Source of the DNA: a virus | Taxonomy: Duplodnaviria > Caudoviricetes | Reading direction: 5' to 3' (one strand) | Virus record (IMG/VR): IMGVR_UViG_3300045526_000031 | Span: 1-36,564 of that record | Length of the DNA: 36,564 bases | Part shown: piece after piece, positions 27,639-36,050 of the stretch | Layout: each line of letters opens with the position of its first letter | Position numbering within the stretch: position 1 is the stretch's first letter | Notes under the pieces: model-generated | Databases searched by the model: none | Seen by the model: only the letters and a program-made list of their open reading frames with translations | What the model was told of the DNA's origin: nothing | Made by a program: the position numbers and the translations under genes

Positions 27639-28804
27639 ATGGCGTGTATGAGCCCCTATTTGAGCCCAAGGCCTTCTCATCGTCTCTGGACTTTGGCCTT
27701 AAGGGCGACGGGGCAACTGATAACCGAGCAGCATTAAACGCTGCTGCTGCGGAAGTGGGTGAATATGGAACCATCCAATTCGCCCCTGGCACCTATAACT
27801 TCTCGTCTAACCCGACGATCAACAACGTGATGCTGGAGGGCAGCGATGCTACCTTCAACATTGCCATTCCAGGTGTAACCGACCTGGCCACCCTTGGTAA
27901 GACCAACCGGTGGTACACAGTGAGGATGACCACTGTGGGCGATGCTACGGCTGGATCTGCTAACCAGCAGGGTTTCTCCATCCAAGGTGTTTCTGCTCCT
28001 ACCAGCAGCCAAGTCAACTACCAGAAGAACCTGCTGTATTTGCGGGGTACCCACAACGACCCATCGACCGGCTCTACTGTCACTCGTGACATGGTGATCG
28101 GCTCTCACATGGGTTATGTGGGTGCCACCAACACTCAGGCACGCCTGTGGGCTACTCAGTCCTTGATCCAGGTGAATGCCGGTGGCGATGGCCTCTGCTA
28201 CGGCCACGAGATCGAGCTGTACAACTACGGCACCAACCAAGCAACGGTCGGTACTGCCACGTCCAAGTACGGTCTTCACCTCGTCGCTGGGGCCGGCACC
28301 GGCACGGCAGCCGTGTGGATCAACCGCCGATCTTCCAATGCTGGTAGTATCTGGGAAAACGGCATCTACATCACTGATGATGCCTGTAACACCTCGGCAA
28401 TCCAATACGGATCCGGCAAGTTCGCCGTGTCGGCTGCCGGCTTTGTTGGTGTTGGCGTGGCTGCCCCTAGTGTCCAGCTGGACATGGAGGGTACGACCAA
28501 CTGTCGGGCCCGCCTAATTGGATCTGGTGGCTCCAGTGCCATCTACACCACCTATGTCCACAAGGCCACCCGTGCCTTCACGACTGGTCTGGATACTTCC
28601 AGCCAAGAGTTCAGGATTACGGGTTCGGAAGGTCTGGGCTCGAACGTCTTCTTCCGTGCAACGACGAACGGTAACCTGGCATTCCGCAACAGTGCGCCTA
28701 TTGCTAAGCCTACTGTCACCGGTTCCCGGGGCGGTAACGCTGCTCTGGCCTCTCTGCTGACGGCTCTGGCCAACCAAGGCCTGATCACTGACAGCACAAC
28801 CTAA
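27605..28804 (+). CDS. Second tailspike / receptor-binding protein
   Basis: DFGLKGDGATDNRAALNAA neck motif; beta-rich Gly/Thr/Ser body; G.VGVG..AP...LD fibre motif; C-terminal LASLLTALANQGLI. Confidence 0.8.
   Translation: MPIEDPAIISVDGVYEPLFEPKAFSSSLDFGLKGDGATDNRAALNAAAAEVGEYGTIQFAPGTYNFSSNPTINNVMLEGSDATFNIAIPGVTDLATLGKTNRWYTVRMTTVGDATAGSANQQGFSIQGVSAPTSSQVNYQKNLLYLRGTHNDPSTGSTVTRDMVIGSHMGYVGATNTQARLWATQSLIQVNAGGDGLCYGHEIELYNYGTNQATVGTATSKYGLHLVAGAGTGTAAVWINRRSSNAGSIWENGIYITDDACNTSAIQYGSGKFAVSAAGFVGVGVAAPSVQLDMEGTTNCRARLIGSGGSSAIYTTYVHKATRAFTTGLDTSSQEFRITGSEGLGSNVFFRATTNGNLAFRNSAPIAKPTVTGSRGGNAALASLLTALANQGLITDSTT
28562..28660 (+). repeat. Diverged direct repeat, copy 2 (inside the second tailspike gene)
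   Basis: Encodes KATRAFTTGLDTSSQEFRITGSEGLGSNVFFRA versus KATRAFTTGLDTANQEFRITGTEGLGANILFRA in copy 1. Confidence 0.92.
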
Positions 28805-28824
28805 TTCACTCCACACTTAGAACC

Positions 28825-29025
28825 ATGATCGAAGTTCTTGGCATCAAACTCTCCTACGAAGCCCTTGCGTTTCTCGGCGCCTTCATCGCCTCTGAGGTGA
28901 TTGGCGCCAGCAGCCTTAAGTCCAACAGCGTTGTTCAACTGCTGATTGGTCTGCTTGAGACCGTCAAGCCTCTCCGTAAGGAAGACGACAAAATCGAAGA
29001 AATCCGTAAGATTCTGAACGGCTGA
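28825..29025 (+). CDS. Putative holin
   Basis: 66 aa, hydrophobic segment(s), charged C-terminus, immediately upstream of the endolysin. Confidence 0.6.
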   Translation: MIEVLGIKLSYEALAFLGAFIASEVIGASSLKSNSVVQLLIGLLETVKPLRKEDDKIEEIRKILNG

Positions 29026-29026
29026 C

Positions 29027-29611
29027 ATGACTACACCTATCCGTATTGAGGATGTGGTGAAGCATTATAAGGGGCTGCCTAATCAAAAGGCGGCCCTCGC
29101 CAAGCTTCAAGAAGTCCTCGACCAACTGCGCCTTACTCACCCTACCCAAGACTGGGTTAAACTGTGGAGGACTCCTAATCCTGCACCAAAACCAGCCCAG
29201 AAAAAGGCATTCTCGAACACCTGGGAAGGTATCGAGGCTGCTGCAGCTGCTGCTGGTGCCAAGTTCCCCGAATTGGTGGCTGCTCAGTGGGCCCTGGAGT
29301 CCGCATACGGCAAGCACCTGTCCGGAAAGAACAACTACTTCGGCATCAAGGGCACCGGAACAGTCAAAACCACCTGGGAAGACTACGGATACGGTCCTGT
29401 GACGATCAAAGCGTCATTCAAGGACTTCGCCACGCCCTATGACTGCGTGAACGAGCTGGTAACCAAGTGGTACAAGGACTACAAGGGCTATCGGGGCGTC
29501 AATCGTGCCGCTAGCCGAGAGGAAGCCGCCCGTCTGCTCAAGGCAGAGGGGTATGCTACCGACCCTGTGTACGCTGACAAGCTGATCCGCCTCATGATGC
29601 AGCATGACTGA
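29027..29611 (+). CDS. Endolysin, GH73 glucosaminidase family
   Basis: AQWALESAYG, NNYFGIK, GYATDPVY motifs; extra N-terminal domain and Pro linker. Confidence 0.9.
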   Translation: MTTPIRIEDVVKHYKGLPNQKAALAKLQEVLDQLRLTHPTQDWVKLWRTPNPAPKPAQKKAFSNTWEGIEAAAAAAGAKFPELVAAQWALESAYGKHLSGKNNYFGIKGTGTVKTTWEDYGYGPVTIKASFKDFATPYDCVNELVTKWYKDYKGYRGVNRAASREEAARLLKAEGYATDPVYADKLIRLMMQHD

Positions 29612-29744
29612 CATCCCCCCGATGACCGAAGCACCCGAAAACCCGGAAATTGGCGCCCAATACCGGATCGGAAACGTGATTCTGACCTGGGACGGTAGCC
29701 TTTGGTCCGTTGAAATCCCAGGACCCACCGATGAACAAAGCTAA
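29604..29744 (+). CDS. Small protein, 46 aa, not in the ORF track
   Basis: MTDIPPMTEAPENPEIGAQYRIGNVILTWDGSLWSVEIPGPTDEQS; overlaps both neighbours; P..G..Y...WDG..W pattern. Confidence 0.6.
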   Translation: MTDIPPMTEAPENPEIGAQYRIGNVILTWDGSLWSVEIPGPTDEQS

Positions 29745-29964
29745 CGAAGAGCAATTCAACCAACTCCACAGCCTTGTCACGGAGGAACTCACTAATCGAC
29801 TCCGTTTAGGCAATGATTGCTCTACACAAGACCTCAAAGCGGCCATCGATTGGCTGCATAAGAACAACATCACCGGAGTTGCTGTCAGTGGAAGCCCCCT
29901 GTCCGCACTACTCCAGGCCCTCCCAGACGTTGATGAGGAGGTTGTGGATCGTGTTGTCCGATAA
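29731..29964 (+). CDS. gp18: Terminase small subunit, T7 gp18-like
   Basis: KANEEQFNQLH...STQDLKAAIDWL.KNNITG pattern; synteny. Confidence 0.8.
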   Translation: MNKANEEQFNQLHSLVTEELTNRLRLGNDCSTQDLKAAIDWLHKNNITGVAVSGSPLSALLQALPDVDEEVVDRVVR

Positions 29965-30163
29965 AACAAGCATTCCTTCACTGCTTGGGACAGCCCTCCT
30001 CGCTATTCTCAGCTGGCAGATGCTCACGCTTCAGAATCTGACCAAATCGGTCGAGGTGTTGGCCAACCAACTCAAGAACGATGGCAGGCGTATCGATGTT
30101 ATCGAAGAGCGTCTGTATCGAGATTACCCCCGACGCATAGAGGGTGATGAGAGGGAAGAGTAA
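29951..30163 (+). CDS. Small membrane + coiled-coil protein (possible lysis accessory)
   Basis: GTG 29951 preceded by GAGGAGG; one hydrophobic segment then a heptad-like helix. Confidence 0.55.
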   Translation: MLSDKTSIPSLLGTALLAILSWQMLTLQNLTKSVEVLANQLKNDGRRIDVIEERLYRDYPRRIEGDEREE

Positions 30164-30422
30164 GTCCGCGAAATACTACGCGGCTAACCCCAAAGCAGCT
30201 GCGAAAAAGGCAGCCTATCAGCGTAAGCTGAACAAAAAGCCTTCCGTGAAGAAGGCCTCAGAAGCCCGGTGGACGGAACGTCGTCGCCGTGGTATCGCCG
30301 GTAAGGGCGGTAAAGACCTGAGCCACACCACCGATGGACGGATGGTGCTAGAATCCAGGAGTACCAACCGAGCCCGCAATGGACATGGTAACAACGCTCG
30401 CCTAAAGCGCACCAAGAAGTAA
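30147..30422 (+). CDS. Very basic small protein with degenerate HNH-like motif
   Basis: K/R-rich; GKDLSH...NRARNG. Start 30147 or GTG 30144. Confidence 0.7.
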   Translation: MRGKSKSAKYYAANPKAAAKKAAYQRKLNKKPSVKKASEARWTERRRRGIAGKGGKDLSHTTDGRMVLESRSTNRARNGHGNNARLKRTKK

Positions 30423-30438
30423 ACCACCGAAGCCGCTC

Positions 30439-30756
30439 ATGCTGCTCGACGCACCTTCTGACTACCTGTTTGCCCTTAAAGCCATGACCTCCTCGCAAGC
30501 CCGCCGCCTCTGGCGTGAAGCTGTGAAGCAACACTGGAGCAACCAATGTGCCTACTGTGGACAATCTGAAGATCTGACACTGGATCACGTCCGTCCTAAG
30601 ACACGAGGAGGTCAAGACCGCGCTCATAATGTTGTAGCTGCGTGTCGTCAATGCAATCAATCTAAGGGAAGCGCACACTGGCTCTCCTGGTACACCACCA
30701 CCGACAACTTCGACATCCACCGCTGCAACTCGATTCTTGAATGGGTGGCAGCGTAA
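30439..30756 (+). CDS. HNH endonuclease
   Basis: CAYCG...LTLDHVRP..RGG...NVVAACRQCNQSKG. Confidence 0.92.
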   Translation: MLLDAPSDYLFALKAMTSSQARRLWREAVKQHWSNQCAYCGQSEDLTLDHVRPKTRGGQDRAHNVVAACRQCNQSKGSAHWLSWYTTTDNFDIHRCNSILEWVAA

Positions 30757-30780
30757 CTTAAACTCTCTTAAGTAGCTCTC

Positions 30781-31218
30781 ATGGCAACGTTCAATAAGTA
30801 CAATCAGTTCGCTCAAGACCTGGCCTCTGGCGTACACCAGTTCCAGACCGGCACCACTCATGTGCTCAGGGTCGCTCTGACCAACACTGCTCCAAACGCG
30901 AGCACCCACACCATTCGGGCCGACATCTCGGAGCTGACGACCGGTGGTGGCTACACTTCCGGTGGCATCTCTGTTGGCACCATCACCGGTTCGCAGACTG
31001 CAGGAACCTTCAAGCTGACCGGCGGCACAGATCCGGTGTGGACGGGCTCCGGTGCTGGCTTCACGGCCCGCTATGCTGTCCTCTACAACGACACCCCCAC
31101 TTCCCCCGCGGATCCTCTTATCGGTTGGTGGGACTACGGCTCGTCTGTCACTGTCGGTGCAGGCGAAACGCTTACTGTTGATCTGGACCAAACGAACGGC
31201 ATTCTCACCCTCTCTTGA
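30781..31218 (+). CDS. Putative virion structural protein, 145 aa
   Basis: Thr/Gly-rich beta protein (GGGYTSGG, ARYAVLYND, LIGWWDYG); strong codon bias. Confidence 0.65.
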   Translation: MATFNKYNQFAQDLASGVHQFQTGTTHVLRVALTNTAPNASTHTIRADISELTTGGGYTSGGISVGTITGSQTAGTFKLTGGTDPVWTGSGAGFTARYAVLYNDTPTSPADPLIGWWDYGSSVTVGAGETLTVDLDQTNGILTLS

Positions 31219-31226
31219 GGTGAGTA

Positions 31227-32753
31227 ATGTCCACACAGACTCGTAACCCGACAAGCGATGAAGCTGTAGCGGGAACTTGGAACGGGTCTGCTGGTACTAG
31301 GTACACGGTGGTCGATGACTACCCGGATACCACACCAACAGACACGCTGCTGCACGGGACTACGGCTGGGAACCTAACTTTCGGGTTCTCGGCCTTCAGC
31401 ATCCCCAGCAACGCCACGTCCATCTCGGTTCAGGTCCTGTACTACGACCAGAAGACGGCCTCGCAGGCGGCTGCCTCAGCGGGTCGGCTGAAGGTGGGTG
31501 GTAGCTACTACAACGCGACTACCCATAACCCTGCCACCTCCTACACCTCCCGCTCAGATGACTGGGCGACCAATCCAAAGACGGGTGCAGCTTGGACTCC
31601 TGCCCAGGTCAATGGTACTGACGGTACCAACGACCTGCAGGCCTTCGGCTTCTTCTCGAACGATGCCAGCCCGACGATCAACTTCTCGTCGGTACAGCTA
31701 CAGGTTACCTACTCTGTTGCCGTTACTCTGACAGCGGAAACTGGTAATTTCACCACAGCTGGCTCTACAGCTGGCTTCGTCCATACATCCATTCTACTTT
31801 CGGACAGGGGACTCTATGCAGTGGTCGGTTACTCGATCACACTGCTTCACAATATGTTCCTGTCCGCTTCTGCCGGTAGCTACTCGATTGTAGGCAGTAC
31901 GTCTGATGCAAACAAGGGTCTGCTGTTGACTGGCTCTACTGGGTTAGTTACAATTAACAGCCAGGAAGTCGCTGTTCGTTCAACGAAGTTAATCGCTGCA
32001 GATTCTCGTGTATTTGAAGCTACTGGCATAGATGCTTCCCTTGAGAGAAGCATTGGGCTTGTAGCAGAAAAGACGACATATTCAATTATCGGTCAAGCAG
32101 CGACTGTTCGTTATGTTACAGCAGTCACCTTTGATACAGGATCTTTCGCTATTACTGGACAGAGTGCGTCCATCTTGCACACAACAACACTGCCGTCAGA
32201 GCGAGGCATCTTTGCGGTTACAGGCTATTCAGTTACTATTGAACGTGGCCTGAATGTCAGTGCGGATGTGGGTACCTATACAATTACAGTCGAACCGGCA
32301 TTGCTCAGGAAAAGCTACGAGCTGAATGTCAACAAAGGTGTGTTCCACATCAATGGAACTAACATCACGTTGCGAGCAAATAGGTATGTTCAGGGCTCTG
32401 CCGGGGCTTATAGCATTATCGGAAACAATGCAGAGTTAAGTAACTTCCTGAATACCACCCTGGTGACCGCTAACGGCAGCCTGGTGATAATTACGGTACC
32501 CGCTTCTTTACGTAGAACTTACCGGATCACAGCTGCCAGAGGGCAAATCACGCTTACTCGCATTCCTGCAACCATTCTCTCTACAGGCACACCTAACGTC
32601 GAGTACATCACAAGCCTCTTCGCTGAAGGTGGAGCGTGGGAGATTCCCATTGGACTACGAACTTCCCTTCCGTGGTGGGAGGGTGATTATCGAGAGTTCT
32701 ACCAACGACTTCTTCTGCGAATTAACATCGGCAGAACCTACGGAGACGAATAG
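31227..32753 (+). CDS. Putative fibre protein with 22-aa repeats, 508 aa
   Basis: N-terminal beta domain followed by 13 imperfect 22-aa repeats (31728-32579). Confidence 0.7.
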   Translation: MSTQTRNPTSDEAVAGTWNGSAGTRYTVVDDYPDTTPTDTLLHGTTAGNLTFGFSAFSIPSNATSISVQVLYYDQKTASQAAASAGRLKVGGSYYNATTHNPATSYTSRSDDWATNPKTGAAWTPAQVNGTDGTNDLQAFGFFSNDASPTINFSSVQLQVTYSVAVTLTAETGNFTTAGSTAGFVHTSILLSDRGLYAVVGYSITLLHNMFLSASAGSYSIVGSTSDANKGLLLTGSTGLVTINSQEVAVRSTKLIAADSRVFEATGIDASLERSIGLVAEKTTYSIIGQAATVRYVTAVTFDTGSFAITGQSASILHTTTLPSERGIFAVTGYSVTIERGLNVSADVGTYTITVEPALLRKSYELNVNKGVFHINGTNITLRANRYVQGSAGAYSIIGNNAELSNFLNTTLVTANGSLVIITVPASLRRTYRITAARGQITLTRIPATILSTGTPNVEYITSLFAEGGAWEIPIGLRTSLPWWEGDYREFYQRLLLRINIGRTYGDE

Positions 32754-32962
32754 TGTCTACTGTCATCCGGCGCACCAGCGCCTACAACAAAGACTGTGCA
32801 GGTCTGAGCATCCCAGCTCATGACTATGTACTTAATATGTACGATGGTTCCAGACTGGAATCCACGATCTACAGGGTAGGTGGAGTTTGTGGCACGATTG
32901 TTGCCACTGTTTCATATACCTACAACTCCAACGGCGACGTTCTTACCATCTCTAAGACCTAA
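32753..32962 (+). CDS. Hypothetical protein, 69 aa
   Basis: GTG start coupled to the upstream stop; GLSIPAHDY...GG..GTIVAT...Y pattern. Confidence 0.65.
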   Translation: MSTVIRRTSAYNKDCAGLSIPAHDYVLNMYDGSRLESTIYRVGGVCGTIVATVSYTYNSNGDVLTISKT

Positions 32963-32971
32963 ACAACAATC

Positions 32972-33451
32972 ATGGCTACCAAACCCGCAGGCGCCTCCGC
33001 ATACGGCGACATCTCCAACACTCGTAAATACTTCTACGAAGAGCCGGTCTACCGTGGCGAAACCGTCGTCCAGACCCCCAGCGCCTCCTACACTGTGGAT
33101 GCTCTGATCGCTCTGATCAACACTGCCATTGCTGGTGCTGCTGTTACCGACGCCATCTCGACCGGTAAGGCTGGACGCACTGAGAACTACGCTGGTGCTA
33201 TTGCCACCCTGGATACTCGCGTGGCTGGCTCTGGCTACACCAACGGCACCTACACCAATGTGCCCCTGCTCAGCACCCAAGGCATCGGTGAAGGCGCCCT
33301 GGCTAACATCACCGTCTCTGGTGGTGGTGTGACTGCCGTCACCCTCGTGTACGGCGGTAAGCTGTACGCTATCGATGATACCCTGACGGCTGCTACTGGC
33401 ATCATTGGCGCTGGCACTGGCTTCACCATTGACGTTGCCACCCTCGCCTGA
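32972..33451 (+). CDS. Putative virion decoration/fibre protein, 159 aa
   Basis: Ala/Gly/Thr-rich, capsid-like codon bias, C-terminal GSGY-type beta module. Confidence 0.7.
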   Translation: MATKPAGASAYGDISNTRKYFYEEPVYRGETVVQTPSASYTVDALIALINTAIAGAAVTDAISTGKAGRTENYAGAIATLDTRVAGSGYTNGTYTNVPLLSTQGIGEGALANITVSGGGVTAVTLVYGGKLYAIDDTLTAATGIIGAGTGFTIDVATLA

Positions 33452-33459
33452 GAAGACTA

Positions 33460-34239
33460 ATGCCTCGTATCACTTCCTCCTCGAACCGCAGCAAGCGGAT
33501 GTCGAAGAAGCCCATCACCTCCGACAAGGGGCGTCGTAATCGGTCTAGTGTGTCCAAAGCTAAGGTGACCTCCGCAGACAGCCGCCCTAGTGGCGGTACT
33601 GCTAAGGTTACTGGTGGTCGGGACGCGTCGAAGCCCAGTGGCCGTCAACCCCGTGCGATCACCAACGGCAGCAGCCCTGCCATGCGTCAGCTGCGTGCTA
33701 AGGCCGTCCAGGCCCGCCGTCAGGCTGAGGGTAAGGCCGTACGCGGCGGTACCAAAGGACGTAACCTGACCCTGCCCAACTCTGCCAAGGCCGGTAAGAA
33801 CCTCGTCCGCGAAGGTGCTCAGAAGCTGCGAGTGATCGGTGACTCCGGTAAGGTCCGGGCTGCCCAGGTGGCTGGTCGTAAGGCCGTCGCCGCTGCCCAG
33901 GCCCGCCGTGGTGCTAAGGCCGCCAGCGAGCGCATGTCTAACACCCTGAAGGCCGCTCGTGCAGGCCGTAACCTGCTCCGTGGTGCTGCTGGTATCAGCC
34001 GCGGTGGTGCAGCTGCTGCTGGCCTCCAGGCCTATAACACGGGCGATAGTACCCTTAAGGCAGCCCAGAAGCGCGGTGACTATAAGCCCAAGCAGGGCCC
34101 CGCAGTTACCGGCCCTAGCCAGGCTAAGTTCAACAAGAGCAACTTCAACGATGCCTTCCGTAAGGCACGTAGCTCTGGTGCCAAAGAGTTCACCTGGCGC
34201 GGTAAGCGGTACAACACCAAGAAGAAGGGCGAGAAGTAA
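33460..34239 (+). CDS. Highly basic Ala/Arg/Lys-rich protein, 259 aa
   Basis: Very few acidic residues; C-terminal FNDAFRKAR..G.KEFTWRGKRYNT. Confidence 0.8.
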   Translation: MPRITSSSNRSKRMSKKPITSDKGRRNRSSVSKAKVTSADSRPSGGTAKVTGGRDASKPSGRQPRAITNGSSPAMRQLRAKAVQARRQAEGKAVRGGTKGRNLTLPNSAKAGKNLVREGAQKLRVIGDSGKVRAAQVAGRKAVAAAQARRGAKAASERMSNTLKAARAGRNLLRGAAGISRGGAAAAGLQAYNTGDSTLKAAQKRGDYKPKQGPAVTGPSQAKFNKSNFNDAFRKARSSGAKEFTWRGKRYNTKKKGEK

Positions 34240-34251
34240 TTCGCCACCATT

Positions 34252-34288
34252 GGCCTCCAGGAGCGTCTCTATGGCGACCCTGGGGGCT
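34252..34288 (+). promoter_or_regulatory. Long hairpin upstream of the large terminase gene
   Basis: GGCCTCCAGG pairs with CCTGGGGGCT; inner CGTC/GGCG stem; no U tract. Confidence 0.45.
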
Positions 34289-34307
34289 TCCCCGTATGTT
34301 TCCCCCT

Positions 34308-36050
34308 ATGACCACTGTTGAGGCCCTACAGAGGCGCTTAGAGGCCGACTTTGCTTACTTCGCAGAAGTGCTCTGGCACGGCATGGGTCTTCCCAAGCTG
34401 ACACGAGCACAACGCGCCATGTGCCGTTACCTCCAACACGGCCCCAAACGTCTCCAACTCTCCTGCTTCCGTGGTGTCGGTAAATCCTACATCACAGCTG
34501 GCTTTGCAATCTGGACACTCTTCTGTGATCGTGACAAGAAGATCCTCGTGGTCTCAGCCAGTAAGAGCCGTGCTGATGACTTCTCACTCTTCTGTCAACG
34601 CCTTATCCTAGAACAGGACTGGCTGGCAGATCTACGTCCACGAGATTCTGACACCCGCTGGTCACGCATCAGCTTCGACGTTGGGGGCTGTGTCCCTGCT
34701 CAGTCACCCTCCGTTAAGTCTGTTGGTATCACCGGTCAGTTGACGGGTTCTCGTGCTGACTTGATCATCTTTGATGACGTTGAGGTGCCCAGTAACTCAG
34801 CAACAGACCTCCAACGTGAGAAGCTACTGAACCTCATCCAAGAAGGTGAGTCCGTCCTAACACCCAAAAAGGACAGCCGCATCATGTTCCTGGGAACACC
34901 ACAGACTACCTTCACCGTCTACCGCACCCTGGCGGAACGTGGCTACCGTCAGTTCGTCTGGCCTGGTCGCTACCCCAAGAGCCTAGTCGGTTATGAAGAT
35001 GTCCTGGCACCTGATCTGGTCTCTGACATCGAAAAACACGGCCTCGACAAGCTGGCCTGGAAACCAACAGATAGCCGCTTCTCGGACTTTGAACTTGCCG
35101 AACGTGAAGCCAGTATGTCCCGGAGCAACTTCCAGCTCCAGTTCATGCTCGACACCTCACTGTCGGATGCCCTGAAGTTCCCCCTTAAGCTGTCGGACTT
35201 CATTACAACCACCCTGGACCGTCAACAGGGCCCCGGTAATGTGGTCTGGAGTGGTGACCCCACAAACACCCTGGACATCCCTGCTGTGGCCCTTCCTGGT
35301 GACCGCTGGCACAGTCCTGCTCGTATCGGTCCTGACTACTTCCCCTGGAAGGATACCATCGTCGCCGTTGACCCCTCCGGACGTGGTGCTGACGAAACCG
35401 TTGCTATCATCCTCAGTCAGCTTAACGGCATCATCTACATCAGACGGATGCTCGCCTTTCAGGATGGCTATGCCGATAGTACCCTACGTGCTATCCTCAA
35501 AGAAGCTAAGCTGTTCGGTGCTCATCGCTGTGTCATCGAATCTAACTTCGGTGATGGTGCTGTCATGGAACTCATGAAGCGTCACGCCATTGAGATGAAA
35601 ACCAGCATCGACTTTGAAGAGGTGCGGGCTACCACCCGTAAAGAAGACAGGATTATTGATACACTTGAACCAGTCCTTAACCAACACCGTCTGGTCATAG
35701 ACCCAGAAGTCATCAAGTGGGACTACAACTCTAACCCTGACCTGCCCCAAGAAGAGCGCCTGCCTAAGATGCTCATGTACCAACTGACACGCATGTGTCG
35801 GGAAAAAGGGGCAGTAAGACACGATGACAGAGTTGACTGCTTAGCTCTTGGTGTTAGGTACTTTCAAGACATCCTCGCTGTGTCAGCCGAACAGGCTGCT
35901 ATCCAGAAGAAGAGAAGTGAGTGGAATGCCATGCTGGATACCTTCATGACAACCCCTCAACTGGCAACAGACCTCCTGGTGACTGGTCATTCCTTCTCAG
36001 ACCATAGAGACTCCTCTGCTATCCACCACTGGACACCAGACAGTCGCTGA
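34308..36050 (+). CDS. gp19: Terminase large subunit, T7 gp19-like
   Basis: FRGVGKS, LTGSRAD, FDDVE, LGTPQ, VDPSGRGADE, IESNFGDG, HDDRVD motifs. Start 34308 or 34296. Confidence 0.97.
   Translation: MTTVEALQRRLEADFAYFAEVLWHGMGLPKLTRAQRAMCRYLQHGPKRLQLSCFRGVGKSYITAGFAIWTLFCDRDKKILVVSASKSRADDFSLFCQRLILEQDWLADLRPRDSDTRWSRISFDVGGCVPAQSPSVKSVGITGQLTGSRADLIIFDDVEVPSNSATDLQREKLLNLIQEGESVLTPKKDSRIMFLGTPQTTFTVYRTLAERGYRQFVWPGRYPKSLVGYEDVLAPDLVSDIEKHGLDKLAWKPTDSRFSDFELAEREASMSRSNFQLQFMLDTSLSDALKFPLKLSDFITTTLDRQQGPGNVVWSGDPTNTLDIPAVALPGDRWHSPARIGPDYFPWKDTIVAVDPSGRGADETVAIILSQLNGIIYIRRMLAFQDGYADSTLRAILKEAKLFGAHRCVIESNFGDGAVMELMKRHAIEMKTSIDFEEVRATTRKEDRIIDTLEPVLNQHRLVIDPEVIKWDYNSNPDLPQEERLPKMLMYQLTRMCREKGAVRHDDRVDCLALGVRYFQDILAVSAEQAAIQKKRSEWNAMLDTFMTTPQLATDLLVTGHSFSDHRDSSAIHHWTPDSR

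Noticed and set aside
27447-28660. Diversity-generating retroelement TR/VR pair
   Set aside because: Mismatches are not adenine-specific (many C/T and G/T, mostly third-position) and no reverse transcriptase gene is in the window.
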